From Verrucomicrobiia bacterium (GTDB taxonomy: Bacteria; Verrucomicrobiota; Verrucomicrobiia; Limisphaerales; UBA11358), in NCBI GenBank assembly GCA_035577265.1, contig DATLVR010000119.1, positions 4,353 through 68,352 on the forward strand: DNA of 64,000 bases, given 5' to 3'. How positions within the stretch are numbered: position 1 is the stretch's first letter; every line of letters begins with the position of its first letter. This document shows positions 9,677 to 18,600 of the stretch, one piece after another. A program made the translations under genes and the position numbers. The notes under the pieces were generated by a model. It was given only the letters and a program-made list of their open reading frames with translations, was not told where the DNA came from and did not search any database.

Positions 9677-11497
9677 ATGAATTTCATCGGAATCAGCGGC
9701 CTGCATCAAAATGTCGCGCATAAGGTCTGGGAATTTCCGGGATTGTCGCAGCGACAATATCGGATCAATCAAGGTTTCGATTCCGCCGCCGCGCTGGTGA
9801 ACGACAGCGGGGTGGTCGCGGCGGCGGCCGAGGAACGGTTTAGCCGGAACAAGGCCACGGGCGATTTCCCCGAAGCGGCAATCCAGTATTGTTTGAAGGC
9901 GGGAAAACTCAAGATCGGCGAGGTGGATTTCCTGGCCCATGGATTCGCCTACGAACCGTTCCGGTCCGCCTTTCAAGAACCGGCTTATGCGCGGCGACAA
10001 TACGAGAAGCTGTATTCGCCGGAAGTTCAAAAGCAGCATCTGCATCAATTTTTTCCCGGCGTGGACTGGGAACAGAAGTTCATGGCCGTGCCGCATCACC
10101 TGGCGCATGCGGCCAGCGCGTTTTACCCCAGCGGTTTTGAGGAGTCGCTGATCCTGGTGAGCGATGGCATGGGCGAAATTCACAGCCTGATGGTCGCCGT
10201 GGGCACGGGCAAGGAAATCAAGATTTTGAAACAGGTGCCGGCGTTTCATTCCCTGGGAATCTTATACGGCGTCTTTACGCTCTTTCTGGGCTTCTTCATG
10301 AACATGGATGAATACAAAGTCATGGGGCTGGCGCCCTATGGAAATCCCCGGCGTTATTTCGGCAAGGTGATGGCGATGGTCAATCTCAAGAATGACGGAA
10401 CCTACACGATTCCCGCCTTCGCCAACAACAAAACCACGCTCGAAAGGGAGACGCATGCGGGGATGCTCGGCTGGCTGGCGGAACGCTTCGGCCCGGCCCG
10501 CGAACCGGATGGCGAGATCACCCAGGATCACATGGACATCGCCGCCGCGTTGCAGGCGATGCTCCAGACCTGCCAACTGCATGTGGTGCGGCACTTCAAG
10601 CGCGAAACCGGCTTGGGCAATCTTTGCATGGCGGGCGGCGTGGCCTTGAATTGTTCCGTGAACGGCGTGCTTCGGCGGAGCCGCTTGTTCGATCACCTGT
10701 TTGTTCAACCGGCGGCGGGCGATGACGGCTGCGCCTTGGGCGCGGCGTTGTATGCCCAGCAGTTGCAGGACCCGAAATTCAAGCCGCGAAAAATGACGCT
10801 GCCGTTGTGGGGGCCGGAATTTGGGGAGGGCGAAATCAGAGCAGCGCTCGCTCGCCAGGCGGACTGCGTCTGGACCAAAGCCGGATCGTTCGATGAACTT
10901 TGCCGGCAAGTCGCGGAACGTCTTGCCGCCGGGGAAGTCGTCGGCTGGTTCCAAGGCCGCATGGAGTTCGGGCCGCGCGCGTTGGGTAGCCGGAGCATAT
11001 TGGCCGATCCGCGCGACCCCGGCATGCGGGACCGCATCAACAGCCTGGTGAAGCAGCGCGAAGGGTTTCGTCCATTTGCGCCGGTCGTCACGAACGAGGC
11101 GGCGGGACAGTATTTTGAAATCGTTCCCGGCGACGAGGAGGCTTTTGCACACATGCTCTATGTCACGCAGGTTCAGTCCGATTACCGGCAGGCACTCCCG
11201 GCGGTCACGCACGTGGACGGATCCGCCCGGGTGCAGACGGTCTCCGAGGAGCACAATCGCCGGCTGTGGAAACTGCTGAAGGCTTTCGAAGCGGGCACCG
11301 GCCTGCCCATCGTCCTCAACACTTCTTTCAACGTCAAAGGCGAGCCGATCGTTTGCACCCCTCGGGAGGCGCTTAACACATTTCGGAATGCCCATCTGGA
11401 CTTGTTGGTTCTGGGGGATTATCTGGTCGAACCAAAGCGCGAACCCTCGGCGCGGCGCGAACGTGAAACCGAGCCGGCCCCGGCATTGGCAAAGTAA
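9677..11497 (+). CDS. Carbamoyltransferase (NodU/CmcH family)
   Basis: The N-terminus reads MNFIGISGLHQNVAHK...DSAAALVNDSGVVAAAAEERFSRNK. HHLAHAASAF, LCMAGGVALNCSVNG, FGPRALGSRSILADPR and VLNTSFNVKGEPIV are also present. Confidence 0.9.
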   Translation: MNFIGISGLHQNVAHKVWEFPGLSQRQYRINQGFDSAAALVNDSGVVAAAAEERFSRNKATGDFPEAAIQYCLKAGKLKIGEVDFLAHGFAYEPFRSAFQEPAYARRQYEKLYSPEVQKQHLHQFFPGVDWEQKFMAVPHHLAHAASAFYPSGFEESLILVSDGMGEIHSLMVAVGTGKEIKILKQVPAFHSLGILYGVFTLFLGFFMNMDEYKVMGLAPYGNPRRYFGKVMAMVNLKNDGTYTIPAFANNKTTLERETHAGMLGWLAERFGPAREPDGEITQDHMDIAAALQAMLQTCQLHVVRHFKRETGLGNLCMAGGVALNCSVNGVLRRSRLFDHLFVQPAAGDDGCALGAALYAQQLQDPKFKPRKMTLPLWGPEFGEGEIRAALARQADCVWTKAGSFDELCRQVAERLAAGEVVGWFQGRMEFGPRALGSRSILADPRDPGMRDRINSLVKQREGFRPFAPVVTNEAAGQYFEIVPGDEEAFAHMLYVTQVQSDYRQALPAVTHVDGSARVQTVSEEHNRRLWKLLKAFEAGTGLPIVLNTSFNVKGEPIVCTPREALNTFRNAHLDLLVLGDYLVEPKREPSARRERETEPAPALAK

Positions 11498-11572
11498 TTC
11501 CATTTTGCCCTGCCGCCGGCCGCGGCAACGGATTTTTTTTAACCACCTGAATCAACAACCGAACCCCGCATC

Positions 11573-14500
11573 ATGAATGCAATTGAGCGCCAGAAGACTT
11601 ATTGGTTGAGCCAGCTGTCGGAGCCGCCGCCGCCGCCCAGGCTGCCGCAGGACAAAGACAGTCCGCCGGTTTCATCCTTCCTCCGCGAAACGGTGTCCAC
11701 GACGCTCGCACCGGAAGCCTGGCGCGGAGTCACAGCTTTGGCGGCGCGTGCGGAAACGACGGCGTCCGCGGTGCTGCTGGCCGCGCTCAATACACTCTTG
11801 CTGCGCTACACCGGTCAAACAGATTTTGTCATTGGCACGGTGCTCAAAGCGGACTCCGCGCCGCAGCATCGTGCAATCGTGGCGTTGCGCACGCGGTTGG
11901 CGGGCCACCAGACGGCGCAGGATCTGGTGCGGCAAATCGCCGCGTCCCTGCGCGCGGCGGCCACGCACGCGGATGTGCCGTTCGGCACCGTGCTGGAAAT
12001 GCTGGAACCGGCGACGGGCACGGCGTCGGCAAATGTATTCACCGTGGCGCTCGTTTTCGAGGAGCCGGAAAACGACCCGCGTCCGGTTGACGCCGGCGGC
12101 GAGTATCTGATGGCTTGCGCGCTGGTGTGGCGCGCGCGCGAAGCCGGCGATGGTTTGGAAATAAGTTGCGACTATGACGCCGAACTTTTTACCGCCGCGA
12201 CCGTGGCGCGGCTCGCCGGGCATCTCGGGAATTTGCTGGCTGCGATGACCGGCGATCCGCACACGACGCTCGAACGGCTGAATCTGCTGGGCGCAGCGGA
12301 ACTCCGGCAGTTGCTGGTGGAATGGAATGCGACCGCCGCCGAACCTCCAAAAGCCACCTGCATTCATCAGCTTTTTGAAGCACAGGCGCGGCGGACGCCC
12401 GAAGCCGTCGCCGCCATCTGCCGCGACCGCGAGCTGACGTATGCAGCATTGAATGAGCGCGCCAATCAGGTCGCGTCGCATCTGGCAAAACTCGGTGCGG
12501 GCCCCGACGTGCTGGTCGGCCTGTGCGTCGAGCGCTCGCTGGAAATGCTGGTGGGCTTGCTGGGAATCCTGAAATCCGGCAGCGCTTATCTTCCGCTTGA
12601 CCCGGCGTATCCTGCGGGGCGGCTCGCCTACATGATTGAAGATTCGCGCGTCAACGTGCTGCTCACGCAAGACCACTTGATGGCGGCGCTGCCGCCCGGC
12701 GGCGCGCGGCGGACGCGCCTGGATGCGGACTGGCCTTTGATCGCGGCCGAGCCCTCCGAAAACGTGGATCGCCGCGTGGCCGCGCACCATCTGGCGTATG
12801 TGATTTACACTTCGGGTTCCACCGGCCGGCCCAAAGGCGTCATGGTCGAACACGGCAACGTGCTCAATTTTTTCACCGGAATGGACGCGCGCATTTCGCA
12901 CGGCCCCGGCTCCACGTGGCTGGCCGTGACCAGTCCGTCGTTCGACATCTCCGTGCTGGAACTGTTTTGGACGCTGGCGCGCGGTGTCAGGATTGTGATC
13001 TACGCGGGCGATGAAGCGCCCGGTTCCGCAAGTGCGGACCGCAGGGCGTTTTCAGCATCGCCGATGGATTTCAGCCTCTTCTATTTTTCATCCGATCAAG
13101 TTGACGGCCCGGGCGGCGCTTACCGATTGCTCACCGAGGGCGCGCGGTTTGCCGATGAACACGGGTTCGTTGCGGTGTGGACGCCCGAACGGCATTTCCA
13201 CGAATTCGGCGGATTGTATCCAAACCCCTCCGTCACCAGCGCGGCGCTGGCCATGATCACCAAGCGCGTGCAAATCCGTTCGGGCAGCGTCGTCGCGCCG
13301 CTGCATTCACCCATTCGCATCGCCGAGGAATGGTCGGTGGTGGACAACCTTTCGAACGGGCGCGCGGCCATTTCGTTTGCGTCCGGCTGGATGCCGGAAG
13401 ACTTCGTGGTCAGCCCGGCCAATTACGCCCAGCGCAAAGAAATCATGCTCCGCGACATCGAGATCTTCCGCCGGTTGTGGCACGGCGAACGCGTGCCGCT
13501 GCCGGGGCCGCTGGGCAACGACGTGGCGGTCCGGATTTTTCCCCGGCCGGTTCAACGCGAACTGCCGTTGTGGCTGACGGCCTCCGGCAATCCCGAAACG
13601 TTTCAGATGGCGGGCAAGCTGGGCATGAATCTGCTGACGCATCTGCTGGGCCAGAGCATCGAGGAAGTGAGCAAAAAGATTGAGCTTTACCGGCAGGCCT
13701 GGACGGAGGCCGGACACGCCGGTCGTGGCTGCGTCACGCTGATGCTGCACACGTTCGTGGGCGACAGTTTGGAGTCGGTCAAGGCCGCGGTTCGCGGGCC
13801 GCTCATTGAATATCTGCGCAAGTCGGCGGATTTGATCAAAGGCTACGCCTGGGCGTTTTCCGCCTTCAAGCATCATTCCAAATCCAGGGAGGAACTGGAC
13901 TTCAGCCTGCTGTCGAAGGACGAAATGGACGCGCTGCTGGAGCATTCCTTTGAGCGCTATTTTGAAACCAGCGGACTGTTCGGCACGCCCGCAAGCTGCG
14001 TAAAAATCATCGCGGGCTTGAAGGCGAATGACGTGGACGAGGTCGCGTGCCTGATTGATTTCGGAGTCGATCATGAAACGGTGCTGGAGCATTTGAAGCA
14101 GCTCGAGGTGTTGCGTCAGGCGGCCGGCACTGGCGCGGAGGTCCAGCCGGCGGACTATTCGATCGCGACCTTGATCCAGCGCCATCAGGTGACGCATCTG
14201 CAATGCACGCCGACGATGGCCGGCATGTTGCTGGCGGAGGAACGGACGCGCGACGCCTTCACGCGCTTGCAATGCCTGATGATCGGCGGTGAAGCTTTTC
14301 CCGCGCCGCTCGCCGCGCAACTGAAAACAATTGTCAAAGGCGAAATCATCAACATGTATGGGCCGACCGAGACCACGGTCTGGTCCAGCACCTACCGGAT
14401 TTCGTCGGAGCCGGGCCGCATTTCCGTGGGCCATCCCATCGCCAATACCGAGATGTATATTCTGGACCAAAATCTTTTGCCGGTGCCGGTCGGCGTCACC

Positions 14501-15301
14501 GGTGAATTGATGATTGGGGGCGCGGGCGTGGCGCGCGGTTATCTCGGCCAGTCCGAACTGACCGCCCAACGGTTCATTCACAATCCATTTCAGCACAACG
14601 GCGACACCCGGCTTTATCGCACCGGCGACCTCGCCCGGTATCTGCCGACCGGGGATATTGAACTGCTGGGCCGGACGGATCAACAGGTCAAGATTCGCGG
14701 CCATCGCGTGGAACTGGGCGAGATTGAAGCCATGCTGGGCGAGCATCCCACCGTGCACGAGAGCGTGGTCGTGGCCAGGGAAACCGCCAATGGCGACAGG
14801 CGCCTGGTGGCTTACGTCATTCCGCGCGACGGGCACATTCCGACGCAACGCCAGTTGCGCCAGTATGCACAGGAACGAATGCCCGATCACATGGTGCCGG
14901 CACACGTCGTGTTTCTGGCCAAGTTTCCCAAGACGCCCAACCAAAAAATCGACCGCAATGCCCTGCCCGCCCCGGACGCTGACGGGGCCGAAAACCAAGA
15001 CAGCCTTGAACCGCCCGTGACGGAGGTTGAGAAAACCCTGGCTTCGTTGTGGAGCGAGCTGCTCGATGTTCAGCGCGTTGGCCGGCTGGACAACTTCTTC
15101 GAGTCCGGCGGTCACTCGCTGCTGGCCATGCAGCTGGTAAGCCGGGTGCGAACCCGGTTTGGTGTCGACTTGCCGCTGAAGCATTTGTTCGAGCGCCCGA
15201 CCGTCGCCGGACTGGCCGAGGCCATTGACGCCTTGTCGTGGTCGGCCAGGACGAAATCGCCGGTTCAAGCCGCCCCCGAACGGGAGGAGGTCGAGGTATG
15301 A
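11573..15301 (+). CDS. NRPS-like protein: partial condensation lobe - adenylation domain interrupted by a luciferase-like monooxygenase - peptidyl carrier domain
   Basis: A-domain motifs run in order: LKSGSAYLPLDPAYP, YTSGSTGRPKG, FDISVLELF. An LLM-like block (MDFSLFYF...AVWTPERHF...SGWMPEDF) follows. The A domain then resumes with NMYGPTETT, GELMIGGAGVARGY, YRTGDL, GRTDQQVKIRGHRVELGEIE and PKTPNQKIDR. The PCP domain reads FFESGGHSLLAMQL. Confidence 0.9.
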   Translation: MNAIERQKTYWLSQLSEPPPPPRLPQDKDSPPVSSFLRETVSTTLAPEAWRGVTALAARAETTASAVLLAALNTLLLRYTGQTDFVIGTVLKADSAPQHRAIVALRTRLAGHQTAQDLVRQIAASLRAAATHADVPFGTVLEMLEPATGTASANVFTVALVFEEPENDPRPVDAGGEYLMACALVWRAREAGDGLEISCDYDAELFTAATVARLAGHLGNLLAAMTGDPHTTLERLNLLGAAELRQLLVEWNATAAEPPKATCIHQLFEAQARRTPEAVAAICRDRELTYAALNERANQVASHLAKLGAGPDVLVGLCVERSLEMLVGLLGILKSGSAYLPLDPAYPAGRLAYMIEDSRVNVLLTQDHLMAALPPGGARRTRLDADWPLIAAEPSENVDRRVAAHHLAYVIYTSGSTGRPKGVMVEHGNVLNFFTGMDARISHGPGSTWLAVTSPSFDISVLELFWTLARGVRIVIYAGDEAPGSASADRRAFSASPMDFSLFYFSSDQVDGPGGAYRLLTEGARFADEHGFVAVWTPERHFHEFGGLYPNPSVTSAALAMITKRVQIRSGSVVAPLHSPIRIAEEWSVVDNLSNGRAAISFASGWMPEDFVVSPANYAQRKEIMLRDIEIFRRLWHGERVPLPGPLGNDVAVRIFPRPVQRELPLWLTASGNPETFQMAGKLGMNLLTHLLGQSIEEVSKKIELYRQAWTEAGHAGRGCVTLMLHTFVGDSLESVKAAVRGPLIEYLRKSADLIKGYAWAFSAFKHHSKSREELDFSLLSKDEMDALLEHSFERYFETSGLFGTPASCVKIIAGLKANDVDEVACLIDFGVDHETVLEHLKQLEVLRQAAGTGAEVQPADYSIATLIQRHQVTHLQCTPTMAGMLLAEERTRDAFTRLQCLMIGGEAFPAPLAAQLKTIVKGEIINMYGPTETTVWSSTYRISSEPGRISVGHPIANTEMYILDQNLLPVPVGVTGELMIGGAGVARGYLGQSELTAQRFIHNPFQHNGDTRLYRTGDLARYLPTGDIELLGRTDQQVKIRGHRVELGEIEAMLGEHPTVHESVVVARETANGDRRLVAYVIPRDGHIPTQRQLRQYAQERMPDHMVPAHVVFLAKFPKTPNQKIDRNALPAPDADGAENQDSLEPPVTEVEKTLASLWSELLDVQRVGRLDNFFESGGHSLLAMQLVSRVRTRFGVDLPLKHLFERPTVAGLAEAIDALSWSARTKSPVQAAPEREEVEV

Positions 15302-16356
15302 AGATTCTGGATTTTCTGGTCCTGCTCCGTGAACGCGATGTCCGGCTTTGGGTTGACGGCGAACGGCTGCGCTGCAGCGCGCCGCCCGGCGCATTGACGA
15401 TCGAACTGCAACGCGCCATTCGCGAACGCAAGGACGAGATTGTGAAATTCCTGCGTCTGGCCGACTCCCTCGACCAGCCGCAGCGCGCCCTCGTGCCGTT
15501 GCAGCCGCAGGGAAATGCCATTCCCATTTTCGCCGTGGCCGGACACAACGGCGATGTCTTCTGTTTTCGCGCCCTCGCGCGGCATCTCGGCAACGACCAG
15601 CCGTTTTTCGGTCTGCAACCACCCGGACTCGACGGCGTTGAAGCGCCGTTGACGCGCGTGGAAGACCTGGCCGCTTGTTTTGCCGCGCAAATCCGCACGG
15701 CGCGGCCCGAAGGCGGTTGCGTCATCGCCGGCTACTGCGCGGGCGGAACGATTGCCTTTGAACTGGCACGTCAGCTGGTTCAAAGCGGCGCGCACGTCAG
15801 TTTTCTCGCCTTGTTTGGCAGCCCGTTTCCAACGTCCTACCGGTTTTGGCCGCGACTGCGCCAGGGTCTTGGCGAGGCGGCGGAGCGCGTGACGCGGCAC
15901 GCCCGCAAGCTGATGTCGCTGTCGGCGGCGGAACGGAAAAAATATTTCGCCGAACGGCTGCGCAACTTCCAGGCGGAGCGCGCCACCCGGCGCGCCGCCG
16001 TGCAGGATCCGGTGTTCGTTTGGCGTGACCAGGTCGGCTGCGCCACGCTGGCGGCCATTCGGCATTATGTGCCGGGCAACTTCTCCGGCCGCGTGCGCTT
16101 GTTTTGGCCCGGCAAAGAATGCAATCACACCGCGCTGCTGCAATGGCCGGCCGTCGCGCCGGACATTGAAACATATTTCGGCCCGGCCGGCTGCAATGGC
16201 ACGGTCATGCTCAACGAGACTTACGCGGCGGCGTTTGCCGAACTCTTCCGCCGTTCCGTGCCAGGAGCGCCGGATAGATCAATTGTCCAGCCCCAGCAGT
16301 CCGAGATACCGTCGCCCCGCTGGGAATCAGGCGCCATGAAACCATTGCCGTCTTGA
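15298..16356 (+). CDS. Stand-alone thioesterase (alpha/beta hydrolase) with TubC-like N-terminal docking domain; nucleophile motif GYCAGG
   Basis: The ATG at 15298 overlaps the upstream stop (ATGA). The docking-like segment reads ILDFLVLLRERDVRLWVDGERLRCSAPPGALTIELQ. The TE-like segments read PIFAVAGHNGDVFCFRALARHLGNDQPFFGLQPPGLDG and IAGYCAGGTIAFELARQL. Confidence 0.8.
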   Translation: MKILDFLVLLRERDVRLWVDGERLRCSAPPGALTIELQRAIRERKDEIVKFLRLADSLDQPQRALVPLQPQGNAIPIFAVAGHNGDVFCFRALARHLGNDQPFFGLQPPGLDGVEAPLTRVEDLAACFAAQIRTARPEGGCVIAGYCAGGTIAFELARQLVQSGAHVSFLALFGSPFPTSYRFWPRLRQGLGEAAERVTRHARKLMSLSAAERKKYFAERLRNFQAERATRRAAVQDPVFVWRDQVGCATLAAIRHYVPGNFSGRVRLFWPGKECNHTALLQWPAVAPDIETYFGPAGCNGTVMLNETYAAAFAELFRRSVPGAPDRSIVQPQQSEIPSPRWESGAMKPLPS

Positions 16357-16416
16357 AGCGGGCGGTCAGGCAAAGGAACAAAACCCCTTGGCGGTCAAAC
16401 GCGATTACACACCATC

Positions 16417-17208
16417 ATGCCGTTTCCATTGGCTCATCCGGCGGCGGTCTTGCCGCTGCGGCGACAATGCCCGCGAAGATTTAATTTTCCCGCGCTCGTC
16501 CTCGGCAGTCTCTGTCCCGATATCGGCTACTGCTTCGGCCACCTTCACGTCGCAAGATTTTCCCATCACTTTCTGGCGGGCGGTTTCGGATTCTGCCTGC
16601 CGGTGGGACTGTTGCTGGTGCTTCTGTTTTATCGGCTCCGCGGGCCCGTGATTCAACGGTTGCCCGCGCGTTACCGGCGGATTTTTGAGCCGCTCTGCCT
16701 GCGTCCCGCCGGTTCGTTTTGGGTCATTGTCATCTCACTGCTCGTCGGCGCGTGGACCCATATTCTTTGGGATTCCCTCACGCATGCCGATGGCTGGCTG
16801 GTCGGACATCTGCCCATCCTTCAAACCAGCGTGGGCCCGGGAAACGGGGCGTTCCTGATTTGCGATCTGCTGTATTCCATCAGCACCTTCGCCGGCGTCG
16901 CCTGGCTGGCTTGGGTGTATTTAAACTGGCTCGAATGCGCGGCGGGAACGCAACATTGGGTCTGGCCGGGATTCAAATGGATGTCCGTGGTGCTGCTTGC
17001 GGCATTCACGCTGCTGCTGTCCTTCGCCGGCCAGGGCCGGTTTTATTCGTTCGAGTTGAAAACCATCGCGCTGCTGAGCGCGCTGCTGGTGGCCGTGTTT
17101 TTTTCAGTCACCGGGTGGGCATTGCGCAACCGGCCGACGCCTAAACGGCGGAGTCCGGAGCGACGAGCCGACTGCCATTCCAGCGCTCAATTGGCCAAAG
17201 GAAATTAA
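16417..17208 (+). CDS. Polytopic membrane protein, DUF4184-like (YdjM-type metal-dependent membrane hydrolase superfamily)
   Basis: MPFPLAHPAAVLPL, GSLCPDIGY and THILWDSLTH are present, together with several hydrophobic helices. The family assignment is from memory only. Confidence 0.5.
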   Translation: MPFPLAHPAAVLPLRRQCPRRFNFPALVLGSLCPDIGYCFGHLHVARFSHHFLAGGFGFCLPVGLLLVLLFYRLRGPVIQRLPARYRRIFEPLCLRPAGSFWVIVISLLVGAWTHILWDSLTHADGWLVGHLPILQTSVGPGNGAFLICDLLYSISTFAGVAWLAWVYLNWLECAAGTQHWVWPGFKWMSVVLLAAFTLLLSFAGQGRFYSFELKTIALLSALLVAVFFSVTGWALRNRPTPKRRSPERRADCHSSAQLAKGN

Positions 17209-17261
17209 GTTTCATTTTTTAGTGTTCATCATTCGTCATGCAATCAACCAAATCAAAACCT

Positions 17262-18548
17262 ATGAAAATCGCCATCGTCGGACTTGGTTACGTCGGGCTG
17301 CCCTTGTCGCTGCAGTTCACCCGCTCCGAGGTCACTGTTTTGGGGCTGGACATTGACCCGGTCAAGGTGGCTTCGCTGAACCAGGGCACGAGCTACATCA
17401 AACACATCGAATCGTCCGCCATCGCCGAGGCGGTGGCGAGCGGACGGTTCAGCGCAAGCAACGACTTCGCGCGCATCCGGGAAGTGGAGGCCGTGATCAT
17501 CTGCGTGCCCACGCCGTTGAACAAAAACCGGGAGCCGGACATTTCCTTCATCATCAACACCGGCGCGGCCATCGCACCTCATTTGTCGAAGGGAACGCTG
17601 GTGACGCTGGAATCCACGACCTATCCGGGCACGACGGACGAGGATTTGCGGGCCGTGCTGGAAACGGGTTCCGGGCTGAAGGCGGGCCGGGATTTTCATC
17701 TGGCCTTTTCGCCGGAGCGCGAGGATCCGGGCAACGGCCACAGCAAAGTGGAGCTGATTCCCAAGGTGATTGGCGGTTACACGCCCGTTTGCCTGGAGCG
17801 CGCCAAGGCGGTTTATGGCCAGGCCATCCAGACGCTGGTGCCGGTTTCCTCGTGCCGCGTGGCGGAGGCGACCAAGCTGCTGGAAAACATCTTCCGCAGC
17901 GTGAACATCGCGCTGGCGAACGAGCTGAAACTGATCTATGGCGCGATGGGCATTGACGTTTGGGAAGTCATCCAGGCCGCGAAAACCAAGCCGTTCGGCT
18001 TCATGCCATTCTATCCGGGACCGGGCTTGGGCGGCCATTGCATTCCGATTGACCCGTTCTATCTGACGTGGAAGGCGCGCGAGTTTCTGCAAAACACCCG
18101 GTTCATCGAACTGGCCGGCGAAGTCAACACCGCGATGCCGCTGTATGTGGTAAACCGCACGGCGGAGGCGCTCAACGCCCGGCGCAAGGCGGTGAACGGC
18201 AGCCGCGTGCTGGTCGTCGGCCTGGCATACAAACCGAACGTGGACGATGATCGCGAATCGCCCAGCTACGTCCTGATGAATCTCCTGGAGGAACGCGGCG
18301 CAGACGTGGCCTATTACGATCCTTATGTGCCGGTCATCCGCCCGACCCGCGAACATCCGGATTGGGCGGGAACGCGGTCGGTGAACTGGGATGCCGACAC
18401 GCTGAAGCGGTTTGATGCGGCCATCGTCGCGACGCATCATCAGGCGATCAACTTCCAGGAACTCGCCGACTGGGCGCCGTGCATCGTGGACACGCGCAAC
18501 GCCATGGCCGCCGCCAAAACCAAGCCGGACCAGGTTTGGAAAGCGTGA
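17262..18548 (+). CDS. Nucleotide-sugar 6-dehydrogenase (UDP-GlcNAc/ManNAc/Glc dehydrogenase family)
   Basis: The N-terminus reads MKIAIVGLGYVGLPLSLQF. AFSPEREDPGN and GPGLGGHCIPIDPFYL (catalytic Cys) are present. GLAYKPNVDDDRESPS is also present. An alternative start lies at 17238. Confidence 0.9.
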   Translation: MKIAIVGLGYVGLPLSLQFTRSEVTVLGLDIDPVKVASLNQGTSYIKHIESSAIAEAVASGRFSASNDFARIREVEAVIICVPTPLNKNREPDISFIINTGAAIAPHLSKGTLVTLESTTYPGTTDEDLRAVLETGSGLKAGRDFHLAFSPEREDPGNGHSKVELIPKVIGGYTPVCLERAKAVYGQAIQTLVPVSSCRVAEATKLLENIFRSVNIALANELKLIYGAMGIDVWEVIQAAKTKPFGFMPFYPGPGLGGHCIPIDPFYLTWKAREFLQNTRFIELAGEVNTAMPLYVVNRTAEALNARRKAVNGSRVLVVGLAYKPNVDDDRESPSYVLMNLLEERGADVAYYDPYVPVIRPTREHPDWAGTRSVNWDADTLKRFDAAIVATHHQAINFQELADWAPCIVDTRNAMAAAKTKPDQVWKA

Positions 18549-18600
18549 ACCCACAGCACTCGCCGGCAGTATTATTGAGCCTTCCATTCGCGATTGATCT

